Below are positions 19,687 through 30,013 of a stretch of 64,000 nucleotides of DNA, one piece after another. Below the pieces are notes generated by a model, which was not told where the DNA came from, did no database searches, and saw nothing but the letters and a program-made list of their open reading frames with translations. Location of the stretch: NCBI GenBank assembly GCA_963702095.1, contig OY969706.1:864001-928000 (forward strand). Direction: 5' to 3'. Position 1 is the first letter of the stretch. Each line of letters starts with the position of its first letter. The stretch is from Candidatus Bathyarchaeota archaeon. GTDB lineage: Archaea > Thermoproteota > Bathyarchaeia > Bathyarchaeales > Bathycorpusculaceae. Position numbers and translations under genes: made by a program.

Positions 19687-21804
19687 TTAGGGGTAGGGTA
19701 TGTAGTAGGCTTCGCTGTCGCCGTTCGAGTACACGACGTCGGTTTGGTTGAGTAGGCGCGGGAGGGTTCCGTTGGATGTTAGGGGTTCATAGTTTATGCT
19801 GATGTAGCTTAGAAACGCGAATTCGCCGCCCCTAAAAACAGTGGTATTGGTCAACTCTGCTACGTAGCCGCGGTAGACTAGACCATAGGCTGTTAGTGAC
19901 GTATAAAGCGCGTTGTCGGCTAACAAGTTGTATTCATAGGGAGTGTAAGCGGATATCCAGTCCGCGGCTTTGACACTGTAACCGTCGATGAAACCGTAGT
20001 ACCCATATAGTTGTATGGGATCCATTCGGTAACCAGACAGCGGTACAGACCAACTCTGTGACCCTGTTACTTCATAGGCGAAGTTTGTTTGAAACAGGAA
20101 ATAGGGAACCAGCACCAACACAATGATTGCTGAAGCCACCACTGCTGTCCTGTGTTTCGAGAGGGTTTTTGCAAGCAGCCATATGCCTACTATGCAGAAG
20201 GGCGCCAGAAGCATAAGCAGTATGTGGTAGAAACGGGTCATCGACAAGGCATTCGCCAAGCCGGGGATTAGAGTTAGAAGCACCAGAAAAGCAAAAGCTA
20301 AGACACTAAAGACTATGTAGTCGCGTTCAAATTTGAAGGGTATCTTTTTGAGAAGCAATGCGAAGACGCCGATGAGAATGAAGATTTCGGTGAGGTAAGC
20401 GAATCCTCGGCTAACCGTGTTTATGAGGGCGGGTGAAGCTGTTAAGCCTAAACCGGTCAGCACTGCTTGGCCTCGTGAGGCGGGGTTGAAGAAGTCGCCT
20501 AATTGAGCGGCGATGCTACCTGTGAAATACATGAAACTGTTGAAGACTACGGCGCCTGAGGTATAGATGTACCAGAGGAACATGGCTACAAAGAAGAAAA
20601 TGATGAGGGTCAATTGCAAATTGAAGCTGGGGCGTCTGAGATAGAAAACGGAAACAGCCCAAGCAGCAAAAATAAGAAACAGAAAGATTTCCGCTAAAGC
20701 GTAGTGGGAGAAGATTAAGCCGAAACTTAGAATTGCAAACCCAACAAATTTGCCTCCGGTAGGAACCTTCTTGTTTAACAGCAATAGTAGCAGAAGAACG
20801 AAGAAGAGTTCGCCTATCATCTGCCGGTTTAGTGCAAGCATTTCAGTGAAGAAAGTTGATTGCGCTATGAAGAGAAAGGCAGCGGCGAAGGCGAATTTTT
20901 TGCCTATGTAGGGTTGCCAAAGCAAGTATAAGCCTACGGGGACTAAAGCGAAAATTAAGGGGTAAATGATTTTGAATACCCATGTGGGGTCTAGGTTTAG
21001 CATGTTTGAGTAAACGGTTGGGAGAACGGTGATGCTTAGCATCGCGTTATATCTGCCGTAGCCTTCGTCGGTGGGAACCATGAAAGTGGGGTTCCAGTGC
21101 CCGCTTAGCTGAGTGGTCTGGAAAACATAGAGTTCAACTGGGGAGTCGCCGCCGTATGGGAGGATGTAGTTGGATGCGAGTGAAACATGCATCAGCAGCG
21201 CCAAAGCAATCATGGCTATGGCGAAAGTGTAGAAGGAGCCTGATCTGGGGGCTTTTTCTGCAAAGACACTGACGGCGAAGACGCCTGCGATGGCAAGAAT
21301 CATCACCAGCAGAATGTAATTGTTGCCTGTGGCATCAACAAAGAATGCACCGACTATACCCAGAAGTGGGATTAAAGTCAAAAGCAGCATGGAAGCTCTG
21401 AAGCCGCTTTTAGGAGCATTGATTGTGGTTTGGGGTTTGTTTTGCCGCAAGTAGGCAGCGGCTGCTCCGATGAGGACGGCGGTGTTTATGAAAAGCGAGA
21501 GAGGCAGTGTAGCGAGGGGGAAGTTTAAGCCGAAGAGGTATCCGAACTGGTTTATGGCTAACCCTGCAACCATCAAAAAAGCGATGCTAAAGCCTATCGA
21601 GTAAAGAATTGACTCGGCAGTGCCCAAGTTGTCGAGTTTTAAGAGTTTAAGCACAACAAAGCCTGGGATGAAACTGAGGTAAGCGATGCCGATGACTATT
21701 CTGGCAAGTGAGAAATCGAGAAAAAGCGTAAGGTACATTGCCACTTGCAATGCTACAACTATGACTAAGAAGTATTGAGAAGAAAGTTGCCTGTTAAAAG
21801 TCAT
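19687..21804 (-). CDS. DUF2206-like archaeal polytopic membrane protein (GT-C-like)
   Basis: 705 aa with many TMs; FIPG, GDSPVE, FKIIYP, RQMIGELF and SHY motifs. Confidence 0.75.
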   Translation of the reverse strand: MTFNRQLSSQYFLVIVVALQVAMYLTLFLDFSLARIVIGIAYLSFIPGFVVLKLLKLDNLGTAESILYSIGFSIAFLMVAGLAINQFGYLFGLNFPLATLPLSLFINTAVLIGAAAAYLRQNKPQTTINAPKSGFRASMLLLTLIPLLGIVGAFFVDATGNNYILLVMILAIAGVFAVSVFAEKAPRSGSFYTFAIAMIALALLMHVSLASNYILPYGGDSPVELYVFQTTQLSGHWNPTFMVPTDEGYGRYNAMLSITVLPTVYSNMLNLDPTWVFKIIYPLIFALVPVGLYLLWQPYIGKKFAFAAAFLFIAQSTFFTEMLALNRQMIGELFFVLLLLLLLNKKVPTGGKFVGFAILSFGLIFSHYALAEIFLFLIFAAWAVSVFYLRRPSFNLQLTLIIFFFVAMFLWYIYTSGAVVFNSFMYFTGSIAAQLGDFFNPASRGQAVLTGLGLTASPALINTVSRGFAYLTEIFILIGVFALLLKKIPFKFERDYIVFSVLAFAFLVLLTLIPGLANALSMTRFYHILLMLLAPFCIVGIWLLAKTLSKHRTAVVASAIIVLVLVPYFLFQTNFAYEVTGSQSWSVPLSGYRMDPIQLYGYYGFIDGYSVKAADWISAYTPYEYNLLADNALYTSLTAYGLVYRGYVAELTNTTVFRGGEFAFLSYISINYEPLTSNGTLPRLLNQTDVVYSNGDSEAYYIPYP

Positions 21805-21820
21805 GTTTTCGCCAACAAAA

Positions 21821-22996
21821 CTAGTGTTTGATTACTGACTGATAGATTTGCGACATCTGAGGTGCCACAGCACGAATATCGTAATTTTGCACTGTTTGGG
21901 CACCGCTTAACGCAAGGCTATCCCGCAATTGTTTATCTTTTATCAGCCTTATTAGGGCAGCGGCAAGGTCGTCGATGTTGTCGGGTTCAAAGAGCAAACC
22001 ATTCTGTTCATGGCTAACGGTTTCTTTTAGGATGCCGAATTTGGGGGCAACCACCGCCAAACCTGCAGACCACGCCTCCAAAGTGGCAATGTAGCCAAAG
22101 TTCGTCGCCACAAACACATCGCTGTCCCAGAGGAACTTGCGGACATCGGTCTGTTTCCCCGCCATATTCACGGAGTCTTCAAGTTTAAGGTCCCTCACCA
22201 ACTGCTTGAGAGGCTCAAAAAGTCGCCCATACCCCACGATAACTAATTTTGCGTTGGACAATTCAGTGCTGACTTTTTTGAAGGCTTTAATGACCAACTC
22301 GGGGGTCTGCACGGGCTCGAGTCTGCCAACGTAGATTACGGTGATTTCATGCGGCGACGCCGTGCTTGGGTTCTTGAAGTGCGGGGGGTCAACGAAGTTG
22401 GTGACGAAGTAGCTTTTCTCCCCTAAACCCATGTCTTGGAGGGTTCCCAGGATTTCTTTGGAGTAAGTGGTTATCGCTGCCACATCGTTTTCCAATATGT
22501 TCCGCACGGTTGGGGATTTGAGGGGCATACCGCCGTGTTGGGGGTCGCCGACAAAGCCACCGTGCAACGTAACCACCAGCGGCTTGGCATAGTGTCTGCT
22601 GAGGTAGATGCCCAAGTTGATGTATTCGAGGTCTTTCCAGATGCCGTGAATGTGGAAGACATCGGCTGAGCGTGCGCCACTCGATTTGATGGCTTCTTGG
22701 TAGAGCCCTGCAAACCTCATTTTTTCAACGATTCTCGGGGTAGAGCCGAAAGTGTACATGAAGGCGCCGTTTAAGAGGTCTACTGGGCTGGGGCGAAGCC
22801 GATAGACTTTGAGGAACCCTGCATCCTCGTATTTTTTGATGTTCTTTGTAACCAAAAGAATCTTTGTACGCCCAGTTATGAGAGAGAAATCTATTTCGTG
22901 TTTTCTCCCCAAATAACTTGATAGCCACAGGATATAGCGTTCTAAGCCGCCTATGTCTATTGGCCAGAAGCGGTCCCAAACATGACAAACATGCAT
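21821..22996 (-). CDS. GT4 glycosyltransferase
   Basis: GGLERY, YVGRL and LEAWSAGLAVVA motifs. Confidence 0.9.
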   Translation of the reverse strand: MHVCHVWDRFWPIDIGGLERYILWLSSYLGRKHEIDFSLITGRTKILLVTKNIKKYEDAGFLKVYRLRPSPVDLLNGAFMYTFGSTPRIVEKMRFAGLYQEAIKSSGARSADVFHIHGIWKDLEYINLGIYLSRHYAKPLVVTLHGGFVGDPQHGGMPLKSPTVRNILENDVAAITTYSKEILGTLQDMGLGEKSYFVTNFVDPPHFKNPSTASPHEITVIYVGRLEPVQTPELVIKAFKKVSTELSNAKLVIVGYGRLFEPLKQLVRDLKLEDSVNMAGKQTDVRKFLWDSDVFVATNFGYIATLEAWSAGLAVVAPKFGILKETVSHEQNGLLFEPDNIDDLAAALIRLIKDKQLRDSLALSGAQTVQNYDIRAVAPQMSQIYQSVIKH

Positions 22997-23024
22997 AAAA
23001 ACAGATCCTATAACAGTAAATCGT

Positions 23025-23158
23025 TGGTTCTGCTTGAGGATTTGCCCTCAACCAGCCAGCAACCCAACTCCATTGCAGAACACAAAATACAGCTATCTGC
23101 CAAGCCCCCAGAAGAAGATGAGTAAGGGGCGCTCTGCCATCACCTTAAACTAGAAAAA
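23025..23158 (+). repeat. Dispersed 134-nt repeat, copy 3 (subfamily A)
   Basis: GTTCTGCTTGAGGATTTGCCCTCAACCAGCC...GAAGAAGATGAGTAAGGG...CTTAAACTAGAAAAA. Confidence 0.85.
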
Positions 23159-23201
23159 CAAAAAAACGAATCAGCATTTTTGGCCGCAGCAAAATCAGAT
23201 G

Positions 23202-23864
23202 CTAATATTCCCAGTTAACGTCCTTTTTTATCACGTGCGCCGGCACTCCAGCGGCTAAACATTTTTCAGGAATGTCTTTGGTGACAACTGCGCCCGCACC
23301 AATAACTGAGCCATCCCCAATTTTAACGCCTTTTAGTACCAGCACCCGGCGACCTATGAATACGTGTCGTCCTATTTCTATTGGCGCTGCCACAACTGCC
23401 CCCTCTCTTGCTATCCCATGAAAGTCTGTATCAAGGAGTTCGACATCCCAGGAAATAAGGCTGTTCGACCCGACCTTGATACTCTTTGATGCGATAATAA
23501 CCGTGTTCGAGTTAACGACAACATTATCTCCCAGTTCAATACATGCGTTTTTCTGTGCGCCAATAACTACCCCTTTGCCTATTCGAGCGCTCCCGTTAAT
23601 TACTAGTTTGCTGCCCTCATCCATCCTCAGTTGGCAGGGTGCAGTCGACGGAAAAAAGTCAGTGTATCCTATTCCCAGTGTAAAGTAGCCGTTGTTTATG
23701 ATTTGAGCCTTTTTATGTATGGCTAACAATGTTTTTCCATCAATCAGAAATGAATCAAACAAAGACTTGTCTGAGGCGGTCACTCCGTTCTTGGAGACTT
23801 GATAGCTCTTATAGATGGTTCTGGGACCTATGCCGTTTTTCCTTATCATAGCCCAATTAACCAT
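23202..23864 (-). CDS. Hexapeptide-repeat O-acyltransferase (maltose/galactoside acetyltransferase-like)
   Basis: DTDFH and IGDGSVIGAGAVVTKDIP..AGVPA motifs. Confidence 0.85.
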   Translation of the reverse strand: MVNWAMIRKNGIGPRTIYKSYQVSKNGVTASDKSLFDSFLIDGKTLLAIHKKAQIINNGYFTLGIGYTDFFPSTAPCQLRMDEGSKLVINGSARIGKGVVIGAQKNACIELGDNVVVNSNTVIIASKSIKVGSNSLISWDVELLDTDFHGIAREGAVVAAPIEIGRHVFIGRRVLVLKGVKIGDGSVIGAGAVVTKDIPEKCLAAGVPAHVIKKDVNWEY

Positions 23865-23867
23865 TTT

Positions 23868-24989
23868 TCAAGCGCTCCCATAAAAGGAGTCAAAAAGGGT
23901 GAGGAATCGCTCTGAGAATTTTTGGGTTGAAAACTTGGATGCAATTCCCTTCATGGCTTCAGCATCATCTTGTGACCAGTTGGAAAGCTCATGGGTTATT
24001 CTTTCAGCAGCTTGCTCGATGCTTTCATAGCGGTACTTGGCAGGAACAAACTCTGTCATGCCGCCCGAGTTATGCACAATCGGCACGCAGCCCAACGCCA
24101 TGGCTTCCACGATGGAGATACCGAAGTGCTCCCCAACCATAGTGTGCAAGTAAATCTTGGCTTTCTTTAACAAACTAATTTTCTGTTCAGCGGAGGCGTT
24201 GGGGTAGAATTTGACGCGGTCAGCCACTCCAATCTTTTTGACTAATGCGTTGAGTTGGTCGAGGATGGTTTGGCTGCATAAACGCCCAACTACCGCAAAC
24301 TGTGTGTCCCCGTCTGTTTGCGCAGCAATGTAGGGTATTCTTTCCAAAAGTTTGTTTGAGTCTAGGCGTGAAACAGTCACGACCAAGTTGTCCAGTGCGT
24401 TTTTGGTGGTGGTTTTGCCGATTTCTTGGATGCACGAGGAGAAGGGGGGATAGAGGACTTCGGCGGTTTTAGCGGAGTACTTCTTGATTTCCCCTGCGGT
24501 GTATTGGCTGTTGGCTAATACAAGGTGTTTGTTGTAGTCAACGAGGTTCTTCTCTAAGATGACGTGGGGAAGGGTTCCGGCTTGGTTTAAGCGTGGACTG
24601 TTGAGGTAGGGGAAGGTTTTGCTAAACACGTACTGGTTGAGGTAGGGAAAATGTATGTAGCTAACTTGTGTCCAGGGAAAAACACAGTTGGAAAACGCGT
24701 CAATGAAGCGGGAGCATTTGGATTTTGCTATGTAAGAGTGGAGGATGGTTTGGTAGAAGTCGATGAGTCCCCGTGGAGTGAAGTTGGTGGGTTGTCTTAG
24801 TGTCTGGATTTTGGGGTGGAGTGTTTCTCCGAAGTAGTTTTTGATGGCTTGGGGGTTGATTTTGTCACTTGAGAACAGGACGACTTCGCGGTTGTTTGTG
24901 GCGAGGGTGTTGGCTATGGCGATTGCGACGTATTCTCCGCCGCCGTAGACGTTTAGGGTGGGGCAGAAGACGCCGATTTTGCCGTTCAC
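23868..24989 (-). CDS. GT4 glycosyltransferase (ALG11-like)
   Basis: GGGE, YIHFP, NSQYT and EHFGISIVEAMALG motifs. Confidence 0.9.
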   Translation of the reverse strand: MNGKIGVFCPTLNVYGGGEYVAIAIANTLATNNREVVLFSSDKINPQAIKNYFGETLHPKIQTLRQPTNFTPRGLIDFYQTILHSYIAKSKCSRFIDAFSNCVFPWTQVSYIHFPYLNQYVFSKTFPYLNSPRLNQAGTLPHVILEKNLVDYNKHLVLANSQYTAGEIKKYSAKTAEVLYPPFSSCIQEIGKTTTKNALDNLVVTVSRLDSNKLLERIPYIAAQTDGDTQFAVVGRLCSQTILDQLNALVKKIGVADRVKFYPNASAEQKISLLKKAKIYLHTMVGEHFGISIVEAMALGCVPIVHNSGGMTEFVPAKYRYESIEQAAERITHELSNWSQDDAEAMKGIASKFSTQKFSERFLTLFDSFYGSA

Positions 24990-25171
24990 GCTTACTCGCC
25001 TGCAGAGGTGAAAAATAATCGCTTTTATGTTGAAAAAGACTTTTTTGCCTGAATTTGTATTGTTTTTCTTTGCGAAGTATACTTGACAATACGGTCTAAT
25101 TTGTTTTTCAAAATAATATTTAAATGATCTAGCCTAAAGAGGGTTCTAAATTCAGGAAGAGAGAGAATATA

Positions 25172-26743
25172 ATGAATACAAAACTATTAGCGAACACAGC
25201 ACACGCCCTAAACCACCGAAAACTCGCAAAGCCACTCGCCCTCTGTATCGCCGCACTCTTTGTCATCAGCGCAGTTTCAATACTCGCAATGTATCCAGTA
25301 AAGGCACAGACAACCACTACCCCTGCACTCCAAACCTCAGGCTCATCCATCGTGGATGCCAACGGAAACGTTGTGTACCTCCGCGGCATTGGACTCGCAG
25401 GAATGGCACCAGACATTATCCTCTGGGGTCAAGGAGCAACAGACAACTGGGGCACACAGTGGAGCACAGACCCCGCTGTAATGGACCAGACATTCTCAAC
25501 CATGCAAAGCCAATGGCACATAAACATGATACGCGTCTTCGTGTACCCAAGCTGGTACTACCGAGACAACATTGTTCCTGCACAAGAAGACCCCGCAGGC
25601 CAAGCAGCAAAAACAACTCCAATCAGCACCAAAGCCTACCTCCAAACCATATGCAACGAAGCAGCCAAATACGGAATCTACGTCGACATAGTCCCCTACA
25701 TGCTAACTCCATCCACAAGCTCCTTTGGCTCAGACCCATACGCCACACCCAACTTCGGTTGGCAAGGTCTACCAATGAGCGGCTGGGATGATGCAGGAAA
25801 CAGATTCCTTCAAGCCGCAGGATACGGCAACAACGAATTGGGCTTCTGGAACTGGTTCTGGACAGACATGGCAAACAACCTAAAGAACTGTCCAAACGCA
25901 ATCTTTGAAGCGTGGAACGAACCCAACTTGGGCTCTGACACCGATGCTATTCCAGCAGGCTACATGACTTACCTAACAACTATGTACAGTGCAATTAGAG
26001 CAACAGGCGCAACCAACCTAGTCATGATGCAGTGGCACATGGGCTGGTTCCCCAACGGCTACGGCAACGACCTCAGCTGGTGCAAACAAATCGCAACAGC
26101 CATACCAAGCGCAACCAACCTAGTCTACACCACACACCTCTACTACTATGCACCCACCGACTTGACTTCATACTGGGCAAATGACTACAACGGATTGAAA
26201 ACTCAACTGCAAACAGGCATCAACAGCATGGGCGTCACAGCACCATTGGTCATCAACGAAGAAGGCTCATGCCTCGCATACACATCGAACAGACAAAACG
26301 ACTGCACCTGGTGGAGCAACCTTCTGTTGGCACAACGTGACTTAGGCATAGGCGCAGGTGCATACTACTGGCTAAGCGAATCTGGTTTAGGCCCAATCTA
26401 CGCGGGCGAAACAATGCTAAGCAATGGCTATGCAGCAAACGATATGGGACAAGCATTCATCAACGCCTACCAAGCATCAAAGGCAACAGTGGCATCAACA
26501 GCAACAGCAACACCCGAACCGACAGCTACTCCAACATCAACCCCGACTGCAACACCCGAGCCAACTCAGACCCCGCAACCAACTGAGGATCCAACACTGG
26601 CACCAACAACCCAACCAGCAGAACCCACCCAACCATCAGCAGCATCGCACAACATTCAAGTCGTACACGGATTCTTCTATCATCACTGGTTCATCTTCTA
26701 CTGGCCACAGTACAACTCGTGGTTCGCGTTCCACCTCTGGTAA
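25172..26743 (+). CDS. Secreted GH5 glycoside hydrolase with Pro/Thr linker and aromatic C-tail
   Basis: IVDANGNVVYLRG, NMIRV, EAWNEP (acid/base), HLYY and VINEEG (nucleophile); PT linker; ends FFYHHWFIFYWPQYNSWFAFHLW. Confidence 0.85.
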   Translation: MNTKLLANTAHALNHRKLAKPLALCIAALFVISAVSILAMYPVKAQTTTTPALQTSGSSIVDANGNVVYLRGIGLAGMAPDIILWGQGATDNWGTQWSTDPAVMDQTFSTMQSQWHINMIRVFVYPSWYYRDNIVPAQEDPAGQAAKTTPISTKAYLQTICNEAAKYGIYVDIVPYMLTPSTSSFGSDPYATPNFGWQGLPMSGWDDAGNRFLQAAGYGNNELGFWNWFWTDMANNLKNCPNAIFEAWNEPNLGSDTDAIPAGYMTYLTTMYSAIRATGATNLVMMQWHMGWFPNGYGNDLSWCKQIATAIPSATNLVYTTHLYYYAPTDLTSYWANDYNGLKTQLQTGINSMGVTAPLVINEEGSCLAYTSNRQNDCTWWSNLLLAQRDLGIGAGAYYWLSESGLGPIYAGETMLSNGYAANDMGQAFINAYQASKATVASTATATPEPTATPTSTPTATPEPTQTPQPTEDPTLAPTTQPAEPTQPSAASHNIQVVHGFFYHHWFIFYWPQYNSWFAFHLW

Positions 26744-26777
26744 TTAGAAAAAACAATCTTCCCCTTCCTTTTTGTCT

Positions 26778-27677
26778 TCAAGTTTCTATTTGAGCTTTCA
26801 TGAAACCCAAAGTCCACGCCGCATGTTTAAACCCATAATGCAGTGGCAGAAGAAACACTTGTTTTTGACGCAGAAACCTATACGCTGGAAACGAAAAAAG
26901 AATCCCTGTTACCAAACCTGCAAGCGGAGTCATACGAGGCAATGAGAAGGCGCCTCGGGTTTTCTGGAAGCTTTTTTGGCAGCCGTAGCCATACCAGTAA
27001 TATTTCATCCACAGATCCTTGGGTTTTGATAAACCGCTGTGCAGTTCGTAGAGTTCCCCGTCGTTTGGTTTTAGCAACCAACCTGCACTTTTGATTCTCA
27101 AGACTAAGTCGGAGTCTTCGCCTGCGCCCTTAATGGTTTCGTCGAAGCCATTAGCCTGCCGCACAGCCGAGGTTCGGAAGGTGGTTCCGCCTGTGCCGAT
27201 TAGTTTTTCGGTTTTCCAAATAAAATTTTTGGGTTTGCCAAAGCGCTCATGGATTACAATGTAGGGGGTAACTTCTAAACTCAAGATGACGTTGCCTGGG
27301 ACAGTTCTAAAGACCCCTGCAGTTATGCCTACTTTGGGGTTCTTCTCTAAGGCTTCAACTTGGGCTGCCACGTATCCGGGGGTGAGGATTTCGTCGGCGT
27401 CCACAAAGAGGAGGTATTCGCCGTCAGCCATATCCACAACTTTGTTGCGGGCGTGCCCCAGTCCCATCCATTGGGACTTGAATGTTTTTACGCGGTCGCC
27501 AAGTAGCTGAGTGTAATGGCTGATTATTTGGGGCGTGTGGTCTTGGCTGCCGTCGTCTACAAAGATGATTTGGATTCGGTCTTGGGGGTAGTTTTGGTGT
27601 AGGATGCTGTCAACGGCGTCCGCAAGTAGGGCTTCGCCGTTTCTGACGCAGATGCCGACGGTAACAAGCGGCTTCAC
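26778..27677 (-). CDS. GT2 glycosyltransferase
   Basis: VTVGICVRNG, VDDGS, FVDAD and GED motifs. Confidence 0.9.
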   Translation of the reverse strand: MKPLVTVGICVRNGEALLADAVDSILHQNYPQDRIQIIFVDDGSQDHTPQIISHYTQLLGDRVKTFKSQWMGLGHARNKVVDMADGEYLLFVDADEILTPGYVAAQVEALEKNPKVGITAGVFRTVPGNVILSLEVTPYIVIHERFGKPKNFIWKTEKLIGTGGTTFRTSAVRQANGFDETIKGAGEDSDLVLRIKSAGWLLKPNDGELYELHSGLSKPKDLWMKYYWYGYGCQKSFQKTRGAFSLPRMTPLAGLVTGILFSFPAYRFLRQKQVFLLPLHYGFKHAAWTLGFMKAQIET

Positions 27678-27680
27678 AAC

Positions 27681-28613
27681 TCATCCCCTCTGCAATTTTT
27701 TGTGCCCATAGCCATTGCGGTGAGCACCATAGAACCCAAAAAGCCACGCAAAACGCTTGTAAGTGTAATGTATAGGCAACAGAAAAGTTGCTGCGCGGTG
27801 GGTTAACAGGTAGGCATCGGGTGTACGTAGAACGCCTGCTATAAAGCCTCCGAGTGGAGTCAATTTCCAGATGTTAATTGAATCAGGGTCCTTGTGATGT
27901 ATGTAGTGTGCGCCGCGTCCATACCAGATGTATTGGCGCCAAAGTGACAGCCAAGATGCCCGCGTGGATTCCGTGAATCTCTCTTTCGTTGTTTTTAATT
28001 CCCAACCCTTTACCTTGACACGGTAAGCCATCTCGGTGTCTTCTGCAGCGCCGTTAATGCTGGTGTCAAAGCCTCCGACTTCGCGAACTGCCTCCACACG
28101 GTAGATTGCGCCTTCAGCCCCGGGAAGCCACCCGAATTTAGATGCTTTCGCACGCTGCTCAAAAACTGAGTCAACCGCGTAAACGACGTTTTCTAAATCC
28201 GCGGCTAAACCATGTCCATAGTGTACGTTGTATTTTCCAGCGGCAATCCCCACTTCGGGATGCTGCTCCATAAACGCCACTTGATTCTGCAGGTAATCGC
28301 CGGCGAGAGTCATGTCTGCGTCCAGCCAAACGATGTATTTGCCACTGGCTTTCTGCACAACCATCTGCCGAGCAATGCCCAAGCCGCTGCCTTCCTGAAA
28401 AATCTGGAGTTTGCCGAAGTCTGCTGTTAGGTTGCTTTTGATTATCTGTAGTGTGCCGTCTCTGCTGTTGCCGTCAACCACTATTAACTCGGTTTTTTCG
28501 GCTGGGAATGTTTGGTAGCATAGGCTATCGACGGCTTTTTTGATTGTTTCTGCGCCATTTTTTACACATAAACCAACTGTAACTATGAGTGATTGGGAAG
28601 TCAAATTTTTCAA
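27681..28613 (-). CDS. GT2 glycosyltransferase (tandem paralogue of 26778..27677)
   Basis: VTVGLCVKNG, LDAD, AED and YIWYGRG motifs; clear similarity to its neighbour. Confidence 0.9.
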   Translation of the reverse strand: MKNLTSQSLIVTVGLCVKNGAETIKKAVDSLCYQTFPAEKTELIVVDGNSRDGTLQIIKSNLTADFGKLQIFQEGSGLGIARQMVVQKASGKYIVWLDADMTLAGDYLQNQVAFMEQHPEVGIAAGKYNVHYGHGLAADLENVVYAVDSVFEQRAKASKFGWLPGAEGAIYRVEAVREVGGFDTSINGAAEDTEMAYRVKVKGWELKTTKERFTESTRASWLSLWRQYIWYGRGAHYIHHKDPDSINIWKLTPLGGFIAGVLRTPDAYLLTHRAATFLLPIHYTYKRFAWLFGFYGAHRNGYGHKKLQRG

Positions 28614-28648
28614 CTCAATCGCCCGCTAACGGTAGGTCAAAATTTTTA

Positions 28649-28783
28649 TTTTTCTAGTTTAAGACGAAGAGAGAGTCTGCCTTGCTCATCATCTTCTTAG
28701 GGGCTTTGCAGACGGTTCTGTTTTGGCATGTGCAACGCCAATGGGTTGCAGGCGGGTTGAGGGCAAATCCTCAAGCAGAACAG
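28649..28783 (-). repeat. Dispersed 135-nt repeat, copy 4 (subfamily A)
   Basis: Minus strand CTGTTCTGCTTGAGGATTTGCCCTCAAC..CTGCAACCCATTGGCGTTGCA...AGAAGATGATGAGCAAGG...CTTAAACTAGAAAAA. Confidence 0.85.
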
Positions 28784-28818
28784 CGGATTTTTGATTAACT
28801 GATAAAGAGCTGCTGCGT

Positions 28819-29991
28819 TTAGATGAGTTGTTTTTCCCTCAGCACTTTCTCGCTTAGCACCATACGTGACTCCTGAATGGGTTTCCAAAGCTTGAACTTT
28901 CGGTTAGTCAAAAAATCCGACAATGCTGTCAACAGAATCAGGTTGTTCTGTATCAACTCAAGCGCCATCATACGTGTCCTCTTAACAGCGAAAACCCCGC
29001 AAAGCATCAGTACCAAAACTAATCCCAACAATGGATACTCAACCACAACAGCCACCGACAAAACAGCCAACACAACCAGCAGCAAGGGATTGAAAAGATG
29101 CAGAAAAATCTCAGGAAGCGCAATCCGCTTGGGGATAGCTAACTTGCCCCTGACTAAAAGGTTGAGGCAGCGTGCCCAAAGATGCTGCAACTGGCTTGCC
29201 CGCCGAATTTTCACGGAGACCTTGTTGCGCCAAACCGTTGGGCTGACGGTGAAGAAACCGATTTCGGGAATCAACAGGGCTCTTTTCTTGTTTTGTATGA
29301 TGTCAAGGGCGGTTCCTGAGTCGTCGGTTGCATGGTTAAACTCCATAATGGCACTGCGTTTGTAGGCTGCAAAGCCGCCTTGGAAAAAAATGGTTGAATG
29401 CAGCTTTGATTCGCCGATGCGTATTGATTGGATGGTGCTGTCGTAGAATTGCTCCCCCATCGTCACCCACGTGTCTGAGGGGTTAAGCAGTAATTCTCTG
29501 GCGGTTATGGCGCCCACGGTTGGGTCAGAGAGGTAGGACAGAGCTTTTGCGAGGATGTCGCTGGGCCAGAAGCAGTCTGCATCCGAGATTATGACGACGT
29601 CAGCTTGGATGTTTTTGAGGGCGTTGTTTAGGCAGCCTGTTTTGCCGAGGTGTTCTTTGCTGTCAAACACGCTGATTTTAGGCATCGGATGGGACGCAAT
29701 GTATTGGTTGACGATTGAGAGCGTGTTGTCTGTGGAGCAATCATTAACCAAAACAACCTCCATCTTGTCAAGCGGATAAACCACTTTAGAGAGGTTCTCA
29801 AGTTTCAACCGAATAACTTTCTCTTCATTATACACAGGGATCAATATGGCTGCTGAGGGAGAATAGCCACTATCAATATCTAGCCCCCATTTCCCCGACG
29901 AACGACGCTTCATATACAAGAAATAAAAGCCGGGAACGCAGAAAAATAAGCCTCCGACAGCAACCCAAGCCACCAAAAGGTAATCAATCAA
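28819..29991 (-). CDS. Membrane-bound GT2 (CESA/PgaC-like)
   Basis: N-terminal TM, IPVYNEE, DCSTD, GK..LN, SDAD, DD, C-terminal TMs; start moved to TTG 29991. Confidence 0.85.
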   Translation of the reverse strand: MIDYLLVAWVAVGGLFFCVPGFYFLYMKRRSSGKWGLDIDSGYSPSAAILIPVYNEEKVIRLKLENLSKVVYPLDKMEVVLVNDCSTDNTLSIVNQYIASHPMPKISVFDSKEHLGKTGCLNNALKNIQADVVIISDADCFWPSDILAKALSYLSDPTVGAITARELLLNPSDTWVTMGEQFYDSTIQSIRIGESKLHSTIFFQGGFAAYKRSAIMEFNHATDDSGTALDIIQNKKRALLIPEIGFFTVSPTVWRNKVSVKIRRASQLQHLWARCLNLLVRGKLAIPKRIALPEIFLHLFNPLLLVVLAVLSVAVVVEYPLLGLVLVLMLCGVFAVKRTRMMALELIQNNLILLTALSDFLTNRKFKLWKPIQESRMVLSEKVLREKQLI

Positions 29992-30013
29992 AAAATAACC
30001 CCGAAAACGGTAT

